Source: a virus (taxonomy: Duplodnaviria; Caudoviricetes). Taken from it: a stretch of DNA of 64,000 nt. Of this stretch, positions 11,143 to 22,312 are shown in pieces. The notes under the pieces are model-generated. The model was not told the origin of the DNA and ran no database searches. It saw only the letters and a program-made list of their open reading frames with translations. Where the stretch lies: IMG/VR virus record IMGVR_UViG_2595698832_000001, positions 96,001-160,000 of that record; one strand, 5' to 3'. Numbering within the stretch: position 1 is the stretch's first letter; the number at the start of each line of letters is the position of its first letter. A program made the position numbers and the translations under genes.

Positions 11143-11937
11143 ATGATTTTCAAAACACGAACTAAAAAAGTTCCATTCTATGAATTTTTTGGTGACACCA
11201 TTCAAGGTGAAGGACCAAGATTAAAATCTGCAGTATTTGTTAGAGTTGCGGGTTGTAATAATACTTGTAAAGGTTTTGGATGCTCTGCAGTAGCTCCAGA
11301 TGGTTCAGTAGTAACAGGTTGTGATACTATTCGTGCAGTATCTCCAAAATTTAAATCACAATGGAAATACTTTGATAATTTCAAAGATTTAACATCAATT
11401 ATTGACCCATTAGTCACATTTAAAAACTCTGAAATTAAACATACTAAAGACATTATTTTAACTGGCGGTGAACCTTTATTATATTGGGATACTAATGTTA
11501 TTCAAGATTTCTTAGCTTATTATATTTCAAGAAAACATCAAATAACAATAGAGACTAATGCAAGTTTGGATATTGAGTTCTTTAAAGAATACCAAAAAGA
11601 AATTATGTTCAGTATGTCAGTTAAATTAAGTTGTTCAGGAGAACCTAAAAAGAAAAGAATTAATATAAAAACAATCAGTAAGATTCTTGAAAATTGTCCT
11701 AAATCTTATCTTAAATTTGTAGTTAACCCAGAAACTTGGGATACGGACTACACTGAAATAAAAGAAATACTTTATGATTTACCTATATATACTGAAGTAT
11801 ATCTAATGCCTATGGGTGAAACTCGTGAATTACAGATTAAGAATACACCATTTGTGTTTGAAAAATGTGCTGAGCACGGATTTAGTTTTAGTCCAAGAGC
11901 ACATATTTTAGCTTTTGATACTAAGGAGGGTATATGA
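11143..11937 (+). CDS. queE: 7-carboxy-7-deazaguanine synthase QueE
   Basis: EFFGDTIQGEG, FVRVAGCNxxC...CDT, LTGGEP, IETN, PRAH. Confidence 0.88.
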   Translation: MIFKTRTKKVPFYEFFGDTIQGEGPRLKSAVFVRVAGCNNTCKGFGCSAVAPDGSVVTGCDTIRAVSPKFKSQWKYFDNFKDLTSIIDPLVTFKNSEIKHTKDIILTGGEPLLYWDTNVIQDFLAYYISRKHQITIETNASLDIEFFKEYQKEIMFSMSVKLSCSGEPKKKRINIKTISKILENCPKSYLKFVVNPETWDTDYTEIKEILYDLPIYTEVYLMPMGETRELQIKNTPFVFEKCAEHGFSFSPRAHILAFDTKEGI

Positions 11938-12197
11938 TGTTAAGTAATTATGCGCAATATAATATATTAGAAACAACTGGTTTAATTATTATTAAATTTT
12001 TGTTATTATTAGTTGAATTAGGCTTCTATGTGTCGGCTTTATTTTTAGCAGTTCTTAGCATTATCAGTGTGTTTAAAATACCAGGAGTGTTTTATAAGTT
12101 ATTCGTTTTTATTGTTTTAGGTTTAGCAGCGTTTGCTTGTTTAAGTTTAGGCTATACTATAGGTTTAACTAATATTGAATTTATATTTAAGATTTAA
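11934..12197 (+). CDS. Small membrane protein
   Basis: Two long hydrophobic segments. Confidence 0.6.
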   Translation: MMLSNYAQYNILETTGLIIIKFLLLLVELGFYVSALFLAVLSIISVFKIPGVFYKLFVFIVLGLAAFACLSLGYTIGLTNIEFIFKI

Positions 12198-12206
12198 GGA
12201 GTTAAT

Positions 12207-12977
12207 ATGAACTTAATAATTGGTTTTGGTGTAGTCGGACAAAGCTTAGGAAATTATTTTGATTCTAAAGGCATTGAATATAATATAATAGATCCAAGAT
12301 TTAATGATAAAGATCTTAATGAAATTGGTTTAAATTGTTATAGCAAGATTTTTATATGCATTAATGTGTTAAATGATAATATCGATTCAAATCAAGACAC
12401 AAAAACATTATACGAAATTTTAAATACCATAGAATCAAAAGATTTTAGTGGTTTAGTTGTTATTAGATCAACATTGTTACCTAGTAATGTAGATTTTATA
12501 GAATCTGAATACAATTTAAAATTTGTAACCTGGCCAGAATTTCTAACAGAAGTTGAATCATTGAAACGAGCAAAATATCACGTGATAGGCGCTAATAATA
12601 TTATGTATGCTAAAGAAATTGCTGAATTAATAGATACGCCTTATGATTTTTGTAGTCTTAGAGAAGCAATGGAAGTTAAATACGCTAGAAATGCTTTAGG
12701 TGCTTTAAAGGTATTATTCTTTCACGAATTAAATGAAGCTGGGTTCAATGTTAGAAAAATAGAATTATTATTAAATGAGTTCGAAGATTTTGATTCTCAA
12801 GGATTAATGGCTAAGTTATGTGTAGATGGTAAAAAAGGTTTTGGTGGTAAATGTTTTCCTAAAGATGTCCAAGCACTGATGTTTGAGTCTAATAAACAAT
12901 CTAAACAAGCTGGAGATTTCTTTAGAAATATTTTAGAAGCTAATAATCGACTTAGATATTGTTATAAAAAATCATAA
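12207..12977 (+). CDS. ugd: UDP-glucose/GDP-mannose dehydrogenase family protein (lacks C-terminal domain)
   Basis: GFGVVG, IRST, PEFL, KYARN, GFGGKCFPKD with the catalytic Cys. Confidence 0.8.
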   Translation: MNLIIGFGVVGQSLGNYFDSKGIEYNIIDPRFNDKDLNEIGLNCYSKIFICINVLNDNIDSNQDTKTLYEILNTIESKDFSGLVVIRSTLLPSNVDFIESEYNLKFVTWPEFLTEVESLKRAKYHVIGANNIMYAKEIAELIDTPYDFCSLREAMEVKYARNALGALKVLFFHELNEAGFNVRKIELLLNEFEDFDSQGLMAKLCVDGKKGFGGKCFPKDVQALMFESNKQSKQAGDFFRNILEANNRLRYCYKKS

Positions 12978-13001
12978 ATATATTAAATTTAAAGGTGTTA
13001 A

Positions 13002-13379
13002 ATGAATATGAATGTACAAAATCCAAAATTTTCTTTTACTGAAGATCAAACAAAACAAGTTCTTATGACAGCCTATCATCTAAGTCAAGCTTCAGAATAT
13101 ATTCAAGAAACTAACGGTATGATGTCTTTAATGTTTAATTCTATGGCTATTGAATTATTAGATCAAGCTGGTTTATCTCAAGCATTTTTAGATGAATTAG
13201 GATATACTAAAACAACTGAGCCTAAAATTCAACTTAATAAGAAAGAACAAGCAGAAGTAGACTCTTTATTTGATGAGATTTTAAATGGATCTAAATCTAC
13301 ACCAAATGTAGAAACTGAAGTTAAAGATTCAAAATACAATCACGAGAGTTGCGATTGTAACGATTCAAAAGGAATATAA
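13002..13379 (+). CDS. Hypothetical protein
   Basis: 125-aa ORF, translationally coupled to the next gene. Confidence 0.65.
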   Translation: MNMNVQNPKFSFTEDQTKQVLMTAYHLSQASEYIQETNGMMSLMFNSMAIELLDQAGLSQAFLDELGYTKTTEPKIQLNKKEQAEVDSLFDEILNGSKSTPNVETEVKDSKYNHESCDCNDSKGI

Positions 13380-14319
13380 TGGTTCAACAAGAATTAAGAA
13401 AAATAATTTTTATATTATTTGATGAACGTTTACTTTCACAAGTTGTAGAAATGTTCGAAAAATACGAATATATCATAGAAAATAACCCAGAGGGTATAGA
13501 AACAAGAACTGCGTATTTAATTTCGAAAATATATACAACTGATGATAAATCTAAAGTTTTAGATTATTTAAAACAATTGGGTGAATTAGAAGCTACTGAT
13601 ATTTTTCCAGATATCAAAATGCTCCAATGTAAATTAGCTATGAATTGTTATGAAAACAATTTAATTGAATATAGTAAATTAATAGCAACATTTGATAAAA
13701 ATGATTTGGATTACGCACAAGCAAATAACCCAGTAGTTTACAACACACCAGCGTTGTACAGAGTTTCTATCAATGGTAAAGATTTTGATGATAATATTAA
13801 TAATATCAATAAATGTCTGACTTATTTAGGTGATAAGGTTGTATTTAGACAAACAATTGATAAAGTAGATAGACCAAGTTATAAAAATTATCTTAAGATT
13901 AGACATTCTTTAGAACTTGGTGATTATGATTATGGGTTTGATGCTGTTAAAGCATTACAAGAATTATTTTATCAAGAAGGTTTAGATGCTAAAATAAACT
14001 CTGTTAATTATAAAGAACTTTTAAGTGATTATATTATAATAATGGATTTTATGAGCGCTTTCCAATTACTTGGATATAAGTTTACCGATAAACCAGAATA
14101 TAACAAATTAAAGCAAATGTTTAAAGATATTATTATAGAATTAAGTGTAGATTCTTTATTAATTTTAGAAACTTCCCAAGAAAATGTTCTTAAAATTATT
14201 GCAGAAACTAAAAAAACGTACTTATAAATGATGTAAAATATGATGCTAGTGAAGTTGATGCTTATTTGGGTCCAATTTTACAAAGGATTAAAGACAGTGG
14301 TAAAAGATTTAATAGATAA
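13379..14319 (+). CDS. Hypothetical protein; frameshift near 14215
   Basis: Removing one A from the A7 run extends the ORF with NVLINDVKYDASEVDAYLGPILQRIKDSGKRFNR to TAA at 14319. Confidence 0.6.
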
Positions 14320-14521
14320 AAATCAAGCCGAAGTTCAGTTAAAAATACAAGATTTGCAAGACATCAGAGTGGGTATAAAATATGCTTTGCGTTGTGCTAA
14401 AAAGATTAGTTTAAATTCTGAATCTAACTCAAGTTTAGATTCGGATTTAAGCCAAGAAGAACTAAACTTTTTAGCTTGTTTAACTTGCTTACCTAAGACC
14501 AAAACTAAAAACAAAGGTTAA
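14297..14521 (+). CDS. Small protein with CxxC near the C-terminus
   Basis: GTG start after AAAGGA; ends LACLTCLPKTKTKNKG immediately before a radical SAM gene. Confidence 0.5.
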   Translation: MVKDLIDKNQAEVQLKIQDLQDIRVGIKYALRCAKKISLNSESNSSLDSDLSQEELNFLACLTCLPKTKTKNKG

Positions 14522-14522
14522 A

Positions 14523-15626
14523 ATGGCAGGTAAACTAATAGTAGAATTTAGCTTAGATACTAAATGTAACTTAGCTTGTAAATATTGTTATAGTGCACAT
14601 ACACCACCAAACCCTATGTCTATAGACACAGCTATGAAATTCTTTGATAGAATTAATTATATGTTAGATTATTATGATAAAGATAGCTATCATATTTCAT
14701 ACTTTGGTGGGGAACCTTTATTAAACTGGGAAGTGATTGAAGCAACTTTACCAAAATTCCAAGAAGATCCAAGATGTACCAGCTATGTTGTGATAACTAA
14801 TGGTGCATTATTAGACCCTAAAAAAGTTCAGTTCTTAAAGGCTCATAATTGTGGAATTTCACTGAGTTTTGATGGTCTATGGCAAAATACTAATCGACCA
14901 GTGGTTGAAGGTACTTTTGAAGGAACTTTAGATTATTTTAAGCAAAACAAAGCATTAATTCATAGCATTACAGATACCTGTAAAGTTATGATACAACCCA
15001 AGAACTTCACAACAATGACTGAAAATTTTGAGTTTTTTGTTAACGATTATGAATTCTTAAGACCTGATTTTTGTTTAGTTCGTGATAACATTTATACTAA
15101 AAGTCAAATAGAAACATTTGCTATAGAAGTTGAAAGATTAGCACATAAAGTACTTGAATATCAACATAAAGGAATACCAGCAAGTGTAGGATTATTTGAT
15201 TTATATGCTTTAGATATTTTAGCAGGTGCTAGATTTGGTAAAAGAGACCACGGTTGTTTCGTAGGAAATAACGGTTGTTTATATGCGGTAGATGGTAAAT
15301 TCTGGCCTTGTGAGCGATACAGATCAACTAATAAAATGGTTCTATATAGTCCAGAATCTGGATTAAATCTAAAGAATCTTAAGTTTATGTCTAAATACGC
15401 TGACCCAAGAAAATTCAAGAAATGTATGAAGTGCGAAATTCGTGAGTATTGTAATGTTGGGTGTACGCACCAAGAAATGCGAGAAGCTAAATTCGAAGGT
15501 AGAGAACCAATAGATTCTGTATGTCATTTATTTAAACATTCTTTTAAGTGGGCTATGTTTGTTTTTAAGAACTCTACTAAAGAATACAAAGATTATCTAT
15601 ATAGAAGACTTGAAGTTGGATCTTGA
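14523..15626 (+). CDS. Radical SAM protein with SPASM domain
   Basis: CNLACKYC, FGGEPLL, TNG, SFDG; SPASM-type C..G..C..PC and CMKCEIREYCNVGC...C. Confidence 0.88.
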   Translation: MAGKLIVEFSLDTKCNLACKYCYSAHTPPNPMSIDTAMKFFDRINYMLDYYDKDSYHISYFGGEPLLNWEVIEATLPKFQEDPRCTSYVVITNGALLDPKKVQFLKAHNCGISLSFDGLWQNTNRPVVEGTFEGTLDYFKQNKALIHSITDTCKVMIQPKNFTTMTENFEFFVNDYEFLRPDFCLVRDNIYTKSQIETFAIEVERLAHKVLEYQHKGIPASVGLFDLYALDILAGARFGKRDHGCFVGNNGCLYAVDGKFWPCERYRSTNKMVLYSPESGLNLKNLKFMSKYADPRKFKKCMKCEIREYCNVGCTHQEMREAKFEGREPIDSVCHLFKHSFKWAMFVFKNSTKEYKDYLYRRLEVGS

Positions 15627-15708
15627 TACCTTTAGTATATCTAACGCTCGAGTGTTATTTTTAAAAGCCTTTAATCAAAATTTAAACAAAATTAGGATAT
15701 AATTAATT

Positions 15709-16041
15709 ATGGCAAATATATTCGAACAATTTACAAACTGTCTCAAAGACAAAGATTATAATGAGAGTTTAGGTTTTAATAGCTTTATGTTTTGTAGATT
15801 TTTAGGGTCAAGCCCTAGCACTTTACAATTAGCTAATGCTATTAATATATTATATAAAAGCTTACCAGATGAAGCACAATATAATTTAGTGAGATACACA
15901 AAAAATAAACCAAAATTTATAAGATTTGCGAAAGCGTTAGCTGAATCAGAATCTATCAAAGAAATACAATTAAAATATAAGGTAAATAAAGAAGTAGCTA
16001 AATTATATGCAAGTATTTTAGATTCTATGTGTAAATCTTAA
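15709..16041 (+). CDS. gp62: Clamp loader small subunit (gp62-like)
   Basis: Size and FMxxRxL...ANxxN...QY...Y.VN.E.A..Y..IL pattern. Confidence 0.6.
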   Translation: MANIFEQFTNCLKDKDYNESLGFNSFMFCRFLGSSPSTLQLANAINILYKSLPDEAQYNLVRYTKNKPKFIRFAKALAESESIKEIQLKYKVNKEVAKLYASILDSMCKS

Positions 16042-16046
16042 TCAAA

Positions 16047-16063
16047 GGAGCTATATTAGCTCC
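16047..16063. terminator. Hairpin between convergent genes
   Basis: GGAGCTA-TAT-TAGCTCC. Confidence 0.55.
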
Positions 16064-16068
16064 AATAA

Positions 16069-16674
16069 TTAAAACATTACACTCCATTGAATTCTGAATG
16101 CAACTGTTGATTCTTTTACTTTACCTTTAAAGGTTCTCATAGCAATTAAATTTGTACCACTATACAAACCAGCTTCAGTATAAACTACACCATCATTAGC
16201 ACAGTTAAAAGCATCTTGCGCAATATTAATAGTATAAGTTACTACAGGCTCTGCTTGCTCAATACCAGTAACTGTAATATCTACTGTAGAGTTATTATTA
16301 GCACCATCCTGAACGTTTGTGGCAGCAGTGTTAACCATATTACCACTTGGTGTAAAAATTACTTGGTTCCAAGTTCTATTAATATCACCTTGTTCTTGAC
16401 CACTGAAAATATCAGTAACAGACGCAGTAAATCCAGTAGTTTCATCCTTTGGTGTTAAAATATCAGAACCTTGATGTCCTTTAGTACCCATAACAAATCT
16501 ATTAACAGCATTACTTTCATTGATACCGGCAATCAATTTAGCAAATTCAGCTCTTGCCACATTTGTAATAAGATTTTTCTGTTCGAATTTATCAATAACA
16601 TTACCATTAGCATCTAAACTTTCAATACAAAAATAACCTCTGGCAGGTGTTTTTTGAGCTTCTTTAAAATTCAT
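16069..16674 (-). CDS. Tail/baseplate structural protein (collar-fibre-like)
   Basis: NLIT..AR...LIAG, YTEAGLY, IAMRTF..KVK; late motif at 16702-16709. Confidence 0.5.
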   Translation of the reverse strand: MNFKEAQKTPARGYFCIESLDANGNVIDKFEQKNLITNVARAEFAKLIAGINESNAVNRFVMGTKGHQGSDILTPKDETTGFTASVTDIFSGQEQGDINRTWNQVIFTPSGNMVNTAATNVQDGANNNSTVDITVTGIEQAEPVVTYTINIAQDAFNCANDGVVYTEAGLYSGTNLIAMRTFKGKVKESTVAFRIQWSVMF

Positions 16675-17051
16675 ATTAGGCCTTTATGGTTTTTTTTGAT
16701 ATATTTATTTAGTAATAAAGATATAAACTTCATATAAAACTTATAAAAAATTATAAAATTCTGTATAAGATTTTATAAAAAGTTTCCTGAAAACTCTAGA
16801 TGAATCTACTTCATCTAGAGAAACTCTATATCTCACTTTAGAATTTTTTACAAAAGAATACATCTCCATAAAACTATTAAAAGACTCTTTAATACCGATT
16901 TCTTCCAATGATAGATAATAAAGATTTCTATCTTTTTCATAGTTTCCAAAGATGTTATATCTTATTTATATAATTTATCTTATTATTTTGATTCATTTTA
17001 TTAAAGAAAACAGAGATATTTATATTGTCTTTATAATTATAAATAAAGTCC

Positions 17052-17059
17052 TATAAATA
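17052..17059 (+). promoter_or_regulatory. T4-type late promoter TATAAATA
   Basis: Exact T4 consensus. NATAAATA variants precede mainly structural genes at 8617, 18581, 20575, 31522, 36616, 42079 and 56547 (+) and at 16702, 29707, 30633 and 31488 (-). An exact copy precedes tnpB at 56189 (-). Confidence 0.7.
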
Positions 17060-17068
17060 AAACAAAAA

Positions 17069-18589
17069 GTGAATACAATGCAAAAAGATCAAATTGATAT
17101 ATCTATATTAAATGCAAACAAATATTTAACTAGCCAAGCAAGAAAAGAAGCTTTTATCTATGATAAAGTTAAAGTAGAAGAAAAATATGATGGTATTAAA
17201 GTAACTATAGTTCATATAGATAAAACTGGTGATTATAAACAAGATTTTATTGTTTCATACAAATCCAATATTATATATCCTGATGAGTTTGAATACGCAG
17301 TCAAATCCAAAATAAGACCTGAAAGCATTAATAATTCACAATTTACATTTATTTTCGATATTCTTAAAAAATGTGATTCAAAGAGTTTACCTTTAAATTA
17401 TGAATTCTTTGTAGAATTCTTGATGAAAAAACCTACGTTACAACATAAGTATAAGAAGATGGGTGCAATTTTATTAGCTTATAGCCCTTGTACTTATGAA
17501 GTCAAATTTGGGAGATTATTCACAAAACCAAAAGGTTTCTATACAGATTCAAGAGAAACTTATGCTAAGAAATTAGGATTTGATTACCCAAGAACTATAT
17601 TTGAAGGTAATTTCGCTAATTTTGAACGTGGTATCAAATCACAAGAACTCAATGATATTTTTAGAACTTATAAAAATATTCTTAAAATAGAAAACATAGA
17701 TTTATATATACAACAAATATCTGAAATGTTTCTTAAAATGGAATCTAAGTATGGTGGTAAACCTGAAGGTTATGTTTTAACTTATCCCGGATTCTTATTA
17801 AAAATTCAACAACCTTATCAAGTGGATCCTAAAGCAAGAGCAGAAACACGTTCACAATATCAAGGAGATCCTGATACTGAAAATGCTTATTGGGCTAACG
17901 TTAGATTAGCAGCTTTAAATATTATTGGAGCTAGTAATATTAAAGGTTCTTTAAACGAAATACTTCAAAGGTATGGAGAAGCTCTTAAGAAATATAAGTT
18001 GAATTTTACACATCCTAAAAAGACACAATTTCAAATAAAAGATGATATTCAAGGTAATATCAAAATGATCGTTATTAAAAGACTTAAAGGAAATAATAAC
18101 TTTTTATTCTTAGGCAAGTTTAGAATTTTAACTAAAGCTCATTATAATATTATTAAAAATGGATTAAAAAAATACGATAATGGTGTAGTCTGTTTGGTAA
18201 CTTCAAAAGATACTAAAGAATTTGAAGATCTTAGATTAGAAATGTTAAAATCTTGTTTTCCTGAAATTGAAATTATACAACATAGTACAGGAAATATTAT
18301 TAGTATTATGAATAAATCTAAAATGAATATAAATGCTATTTTATGTGGTAGTGATAGATATAATGACTATGTAAACCAATTAAGAGCTAACCCAGATATT
18401 CAAGTTGTCGAAACGCCTAGAGATACTGGCGCTATTTCTGCAACTGCAGTAATTGAGAATCTAAATTCAGAAATTTTCTTTAAAAGAAATACACCAAGTG
18501 AAATACATTCTATGTATAATAAAATATTAAAAAGATTTAAAAGCTTAGGTTTAGTATCATATTTGTCTAAAGAACCAGAAAATAAATAA
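17069..18589 (+). CDS. Ligase-like nucleotidyltransferase fused to a HIGH-family nucleotidyltransferase
   Basis: N-terminal EEKYDG, FVEF, PEGYVL, LLK; C-terminal GKFRILTKAH, GSDR, ISAT. Confidence 0.6.
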   Translation: MNTMQKDQIDISILNANKYLTSQARKEAFIYDKVKVEEKYDGIKVTIVHIDKTGDYKQDFIVSYKSNIIYPDEFEYAVKSKIRPESINNSQFTFIFDILKKCDSKSLPLNYEFFVEFLMKKPTLQHKYKKMGAILLAYSPCTYEVKFGRLFTKPKGFYTDSRETYAKKLGFDYPRTIFEGNFANFERGIKSQELNDIFRTYKNILKIENIDLYIQQISEMFLKMESKYGGKPEGYVLTYPGFLLKIQQPYQVDPKARAETRSQYQGDPDTENAYWANVRLAALNIIGASNIKGSLNEILQRYGEALKKYKLNFTHPKKTQFQIKDDIQGNIKMIVIKRLKGNNNFLFLGKFRILTKAHYNIIKNGLKKYDNGVVCLVTSKDTKEFEDLRLEMLKSCFPEIEIIQHSTGNIISIMNKSKMNINAILCGSDRYNDYVNQLRANPDIQVVETPRDTGAISATAVIENLNSEIFFKRNTPSEIHSMYNKILKRFKSLGLVSYLSKEPENK

Positions 18590-18615
18590 CAAAAAATAGA
18601 CGGGCAAGGTTTAAA

Positions 18616-19804
18616 ATGACTGAGTTAAGATTAAATGTAGATTCTAAAGATATCATAGAAGCGGGAGATTATAAATCTACCCAAAGAGGTATGTTAACAT
18701 TTTCTAAAAATGCTGTGTATTTAGGTGATGGTAACAAAGCTAATAAAATTATAGATGCAGAAAGCTTAAAAACCGAAATAGAAAAAAGTTCAAAATAATG
18801 TAAATAACACTATAACTCAGCAAATACAAAACGTAAATAACACTATAACTCAAGTTCAAAACACACCTGCAGTTCAATTTTTAAACATATGTGATAATGC
18901 GACTGATTTAGCCACGTTAAAATCAAGTGTTACATTAAAAAATGTTTTTGATAATTGGGTAAGACATTCTATTATGAATTCTGCTAGTGGTCCTAAATTA
19001 GATGATGATGCTGGTCAAGCAGAAGCTGCTAAATGGTCTTACATAGAAGCAGAAGATGCTATAGCAAGTAATATAAATTCAAGTTATTATAATATGTTTT
19101 TAAGTAATGACGTCAAAGATACTTATAGTGTGCAAATATCAGCTGTGGGTCAAGATGATGATGATGATGTTTTAAGTATTGTTGTAGCAGCTAAAATGAT
19201 CAATGGTAAATTATATACATTAAGCGCAGTGAGATCTTTACAATTAAACGCTTTACCAGGTGGTACTTCGTGGGGTTTATTTTTTAATTATTGTGGCAAC
19301 AATGAAGAACCTTATACAACTTATAGGTTATTAGCTTCTAAAGGCAATATTACAGATAATTATCCTAAAACAATTTGGCAAGCAGGTAAACATTTATTAA
19401 AAGTGGCTAGAACTAAAAATAGAGTACAATGTTGGACTTCAGATCTAAACCAAGCATTGGATGACAACTCATTAATTGATTATACATTACCAACAACAAA
19501 ACCTAGTGTTTTATCCGATAATGAATTTAATATATTGAAAGAATTATTAAATTCACCTTGTCAAATGGGTTTTGGTAATTGGTCTCAAAATATTAAATTT
19601 TATTTTGATTCACAATCAGGTGTGTATGATGATACTATAATAGATATATCAAACAATCAAAAATGGACATATAATAGTTCTAATAAAACTTGGGTGTCAT
19701 CTACATTAGATAACTCAACAATACCAGAAAATGTTTTAATTAGTTCTAAGAAAACTAAAAAATTGTTTTATAATAATGGTATTGAAATATCAAGTTTAAA
19801 CTAG
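18616..19804 (+). CDS. Putative virion protein with lectin-like domain; frameshift near 18785
   Basis: Two ORFs join across an A6 run; internal NVNNTITQ repeat; DDDDDVLSIVV; late motif at 18581. Confidence 0.5.
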
Positions 19805-19814
19805 GATTTAACAC

Positions 19815-20018
19815 TTGTCAAACCATTTAATTAAAACTTTCTTAAATATGACTATAGCCGTATCAGTAGGTATAATTTGTTTTTTAATTGATTTTTATAT
19901 ACATCATACATTATCTTGGAAAATGTTCTTAATATTTTGTATAATAACCATATATTATGATATTAAATTAATTTGTGATGTTGTTAATGAACCGTCAAAT
20001 ACTAATATAAAAACATAA
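19815..20018 (+). CDS. Small membrane protein
   Basis: Two hydrophobic segments. Confidence 0.4.
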   Translation: MSNHLIKTFLNMTIAVSVGIICFLIDFYIHHTLSWKMFLIFCIITIYYDIKLICDVVNEPSNTNIKT

Positions 20019-20129
20019 AATATAAAGACTAAAAAATAGCAAGATTTAAAACCTCGAGAACTAAAAACTTATGAAATAGAAGAACTTATAGTTCTAAATA
20101 CAAAAACTGCAAAAGAACTCAGAGATTCT

Positions 20130-20572
20130 ATGGTAGAATCAAACCCAATTTGTCCTTTATGCGGTTCTAAGATCTTCAATCCTGTACTTGATCACAAACA
20201 TAGTAAAAAACAAGAAAATTTAGGTGTACAAGGCGCTGGCTTAGTCAGAAATGTTATTTGCAGTACTTGTAATATTTTCTTAGGTAAAATGGAAAATAAT
20301 TATAAAAGATATAGAATTCAAAACTTGTCTGATTTTTTTAAGAAATGCTGCAAATTATTTGGAAACTGATACAACACCATATGTATACCCAAGCGAAGAC
20401 AAAAAAATTAAAAGAAATGTTTCCGAAGTCTTTATATAATAAACTGATTAAAGCAATTCATTTAGAAACCAAAAAAGATATTAATTATATTAAAAAGAAA
20501 ATTAAGCACACAAAATATCTTAGCCAAAAAACAAAAGATTTATTAATATCTTATGGTTTATATAAAATCTAA
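20130..20572 (+). CDS. Endonuclease VII-like nuclease; frameshift near 20340, start uncertain
   Basis: CPLC...LDHKH...VRNVICSTCNIFLG. Confidence 0.72.
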
Positions 20573-20598
20573 AACATAAATACTAAAAAAGGTTAATA

Positions 20599-22280
20599 AT
20601 GGGGTTATTAGAAAGTATAAAAAATAGTATTATAGGTGAAAAAATAGATAGACCATTCTTAGAACAACCTATTAATAAAATAGATACTACAGTTCCATTC
20701 GGTAGAGTAATAAACACTTTATCTGATGATGAACCTTTAAGATTCCAAACCTTTTTTTGATAATGTAAATGACATAACTTATGTTGATAATCTACAAAAA
20801 GCATCAGAACAAGCTCAAAAAATTGATATCTACAGACAAACTGCTAAGATTGCTGAATGTTGGAGTGGTTTAACAGAAATTGTGGACGAAGTCGCATATT
20901 GTAGAGATTTCAAAGATCCTATTAAATTAGAAGTTGATACTTCGAATAAGAAAATAGACATAGCAATATCTAATGCTTTTGAAAAAATAATGAAATTATT
21001 TGGAACCCAAAAATATCTACATTCTTTTATCAGACAATCTTATATAGACGGCCAAATGAATATATTAATTAAATACCACGATGATAAGAAAAAAGGTATA
21101 AAAGAATTATATTATTTAGATCCTAGATATCTTTGGTATGATTTAACAGATTCTAAATACAAATACATAGATATAAATTCTTCAGTAGCTCTTAAAAATA
21201 ATTTCTTAGGAAATCAAAGATATATCAATATCAATGGTAAAGCTCCAGTTCGAATAGATCAAGCTGCTTTAGAATACGATATAGAAGAAATAGTTCATCA
21301 AAATTTTGGTTTGTTTTCAGATTCTGGTATTTGTTTAAGTGAATTAGAAGCTTCTGTTAAAACAGCTAATCAATTAAAAACACTTGAAGATTTGTTAATA
21401 CCTTTAAGATTTTCAAGATCAATTTCAAGACGTGTGTTTAATATAGATTTAAGTGAATTACCTAATTCTAAAGCAGAAGCTTATATGAGGGATTTGACTA
21501 ATAAGTTCAAATATAAAAAACAATACAATCCAGAAACTGGTGAAGTAACTAATAACCAACATATCGTCACTATGGTCGAAGATTATTGGATTGGTAATAA
21601 AGCTGGTGCTAAAGGTATGCAAGTAGATATCTTAGACGAAACTGGTAACTTAGGAGAACTTGGTGATATTATGTTCTTCTACAAGTTATTATATAGATCT
21701 ATGGGAATACCAGTTAATAGAATCTACTTAGATGACCAATCACAACAACCATTATTTGATTTGCAAGCAGATGCTATCACAAACGAAGACATCAAATTCT
21801 TACCAAAAAATAACTAGGATTCGCCAAGTATACACTGAATTCTTTATGCAAATTCTAAAAAGAGAATTAATTTGTACTAAAGTTTGTACTGAAAAACAAT
21901 TTCAAGAACTTAAAGATTCTATTAATATATACTTTAGTGAAGAAAATCAATTTATTGAAAGAATGAACCTAACATTGTTTATGAAACGTATAGATGCATT
22001 CTCAACAGCTAAAGATTTTGGAGGAACAGTTTTACCTGTAGATACGTTATATAAAGAAATCTTTAGATTTAATGATGCTGAAATTAAAAAGAATCTTAAA
22101 GCTATTCAAAAAGAATCTAAGAATCCATTGTATAAACAATTTTACAGAGATTTTGAAAGTGGGGATGAATTCAGTTCAGATTCTGATTCTAATGATGAAC
22201 CTAAATACGACGATTCTAATAACAATGTTGATAATACAGATACCGAAGAAGAATATGATAAAACCGGTTTATACTATTAA
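20599..22280 (+). CDS. gp20: Portal vertex protein gp20; several frameshifts
   Basis: YIDG, ANQLKTLED, RRVFNID, AEAYM, EDYW, LYRSMGIPVNR; start MGLLESIK at 20599 after a late motif. Confidence 0.9.
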
Positions 22281-22312
22281 AAAAGACTCATTGATTTAAA
22301 ACTTTAGTTACA

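Noticed and set aside
16794-16820. 11-bp hairpin CTCTAGATGAA/TTCATCTAGAG between divergent genes
   Set aside because: May lie within a small frameshifted minus-strand ORF; no other support for a function.
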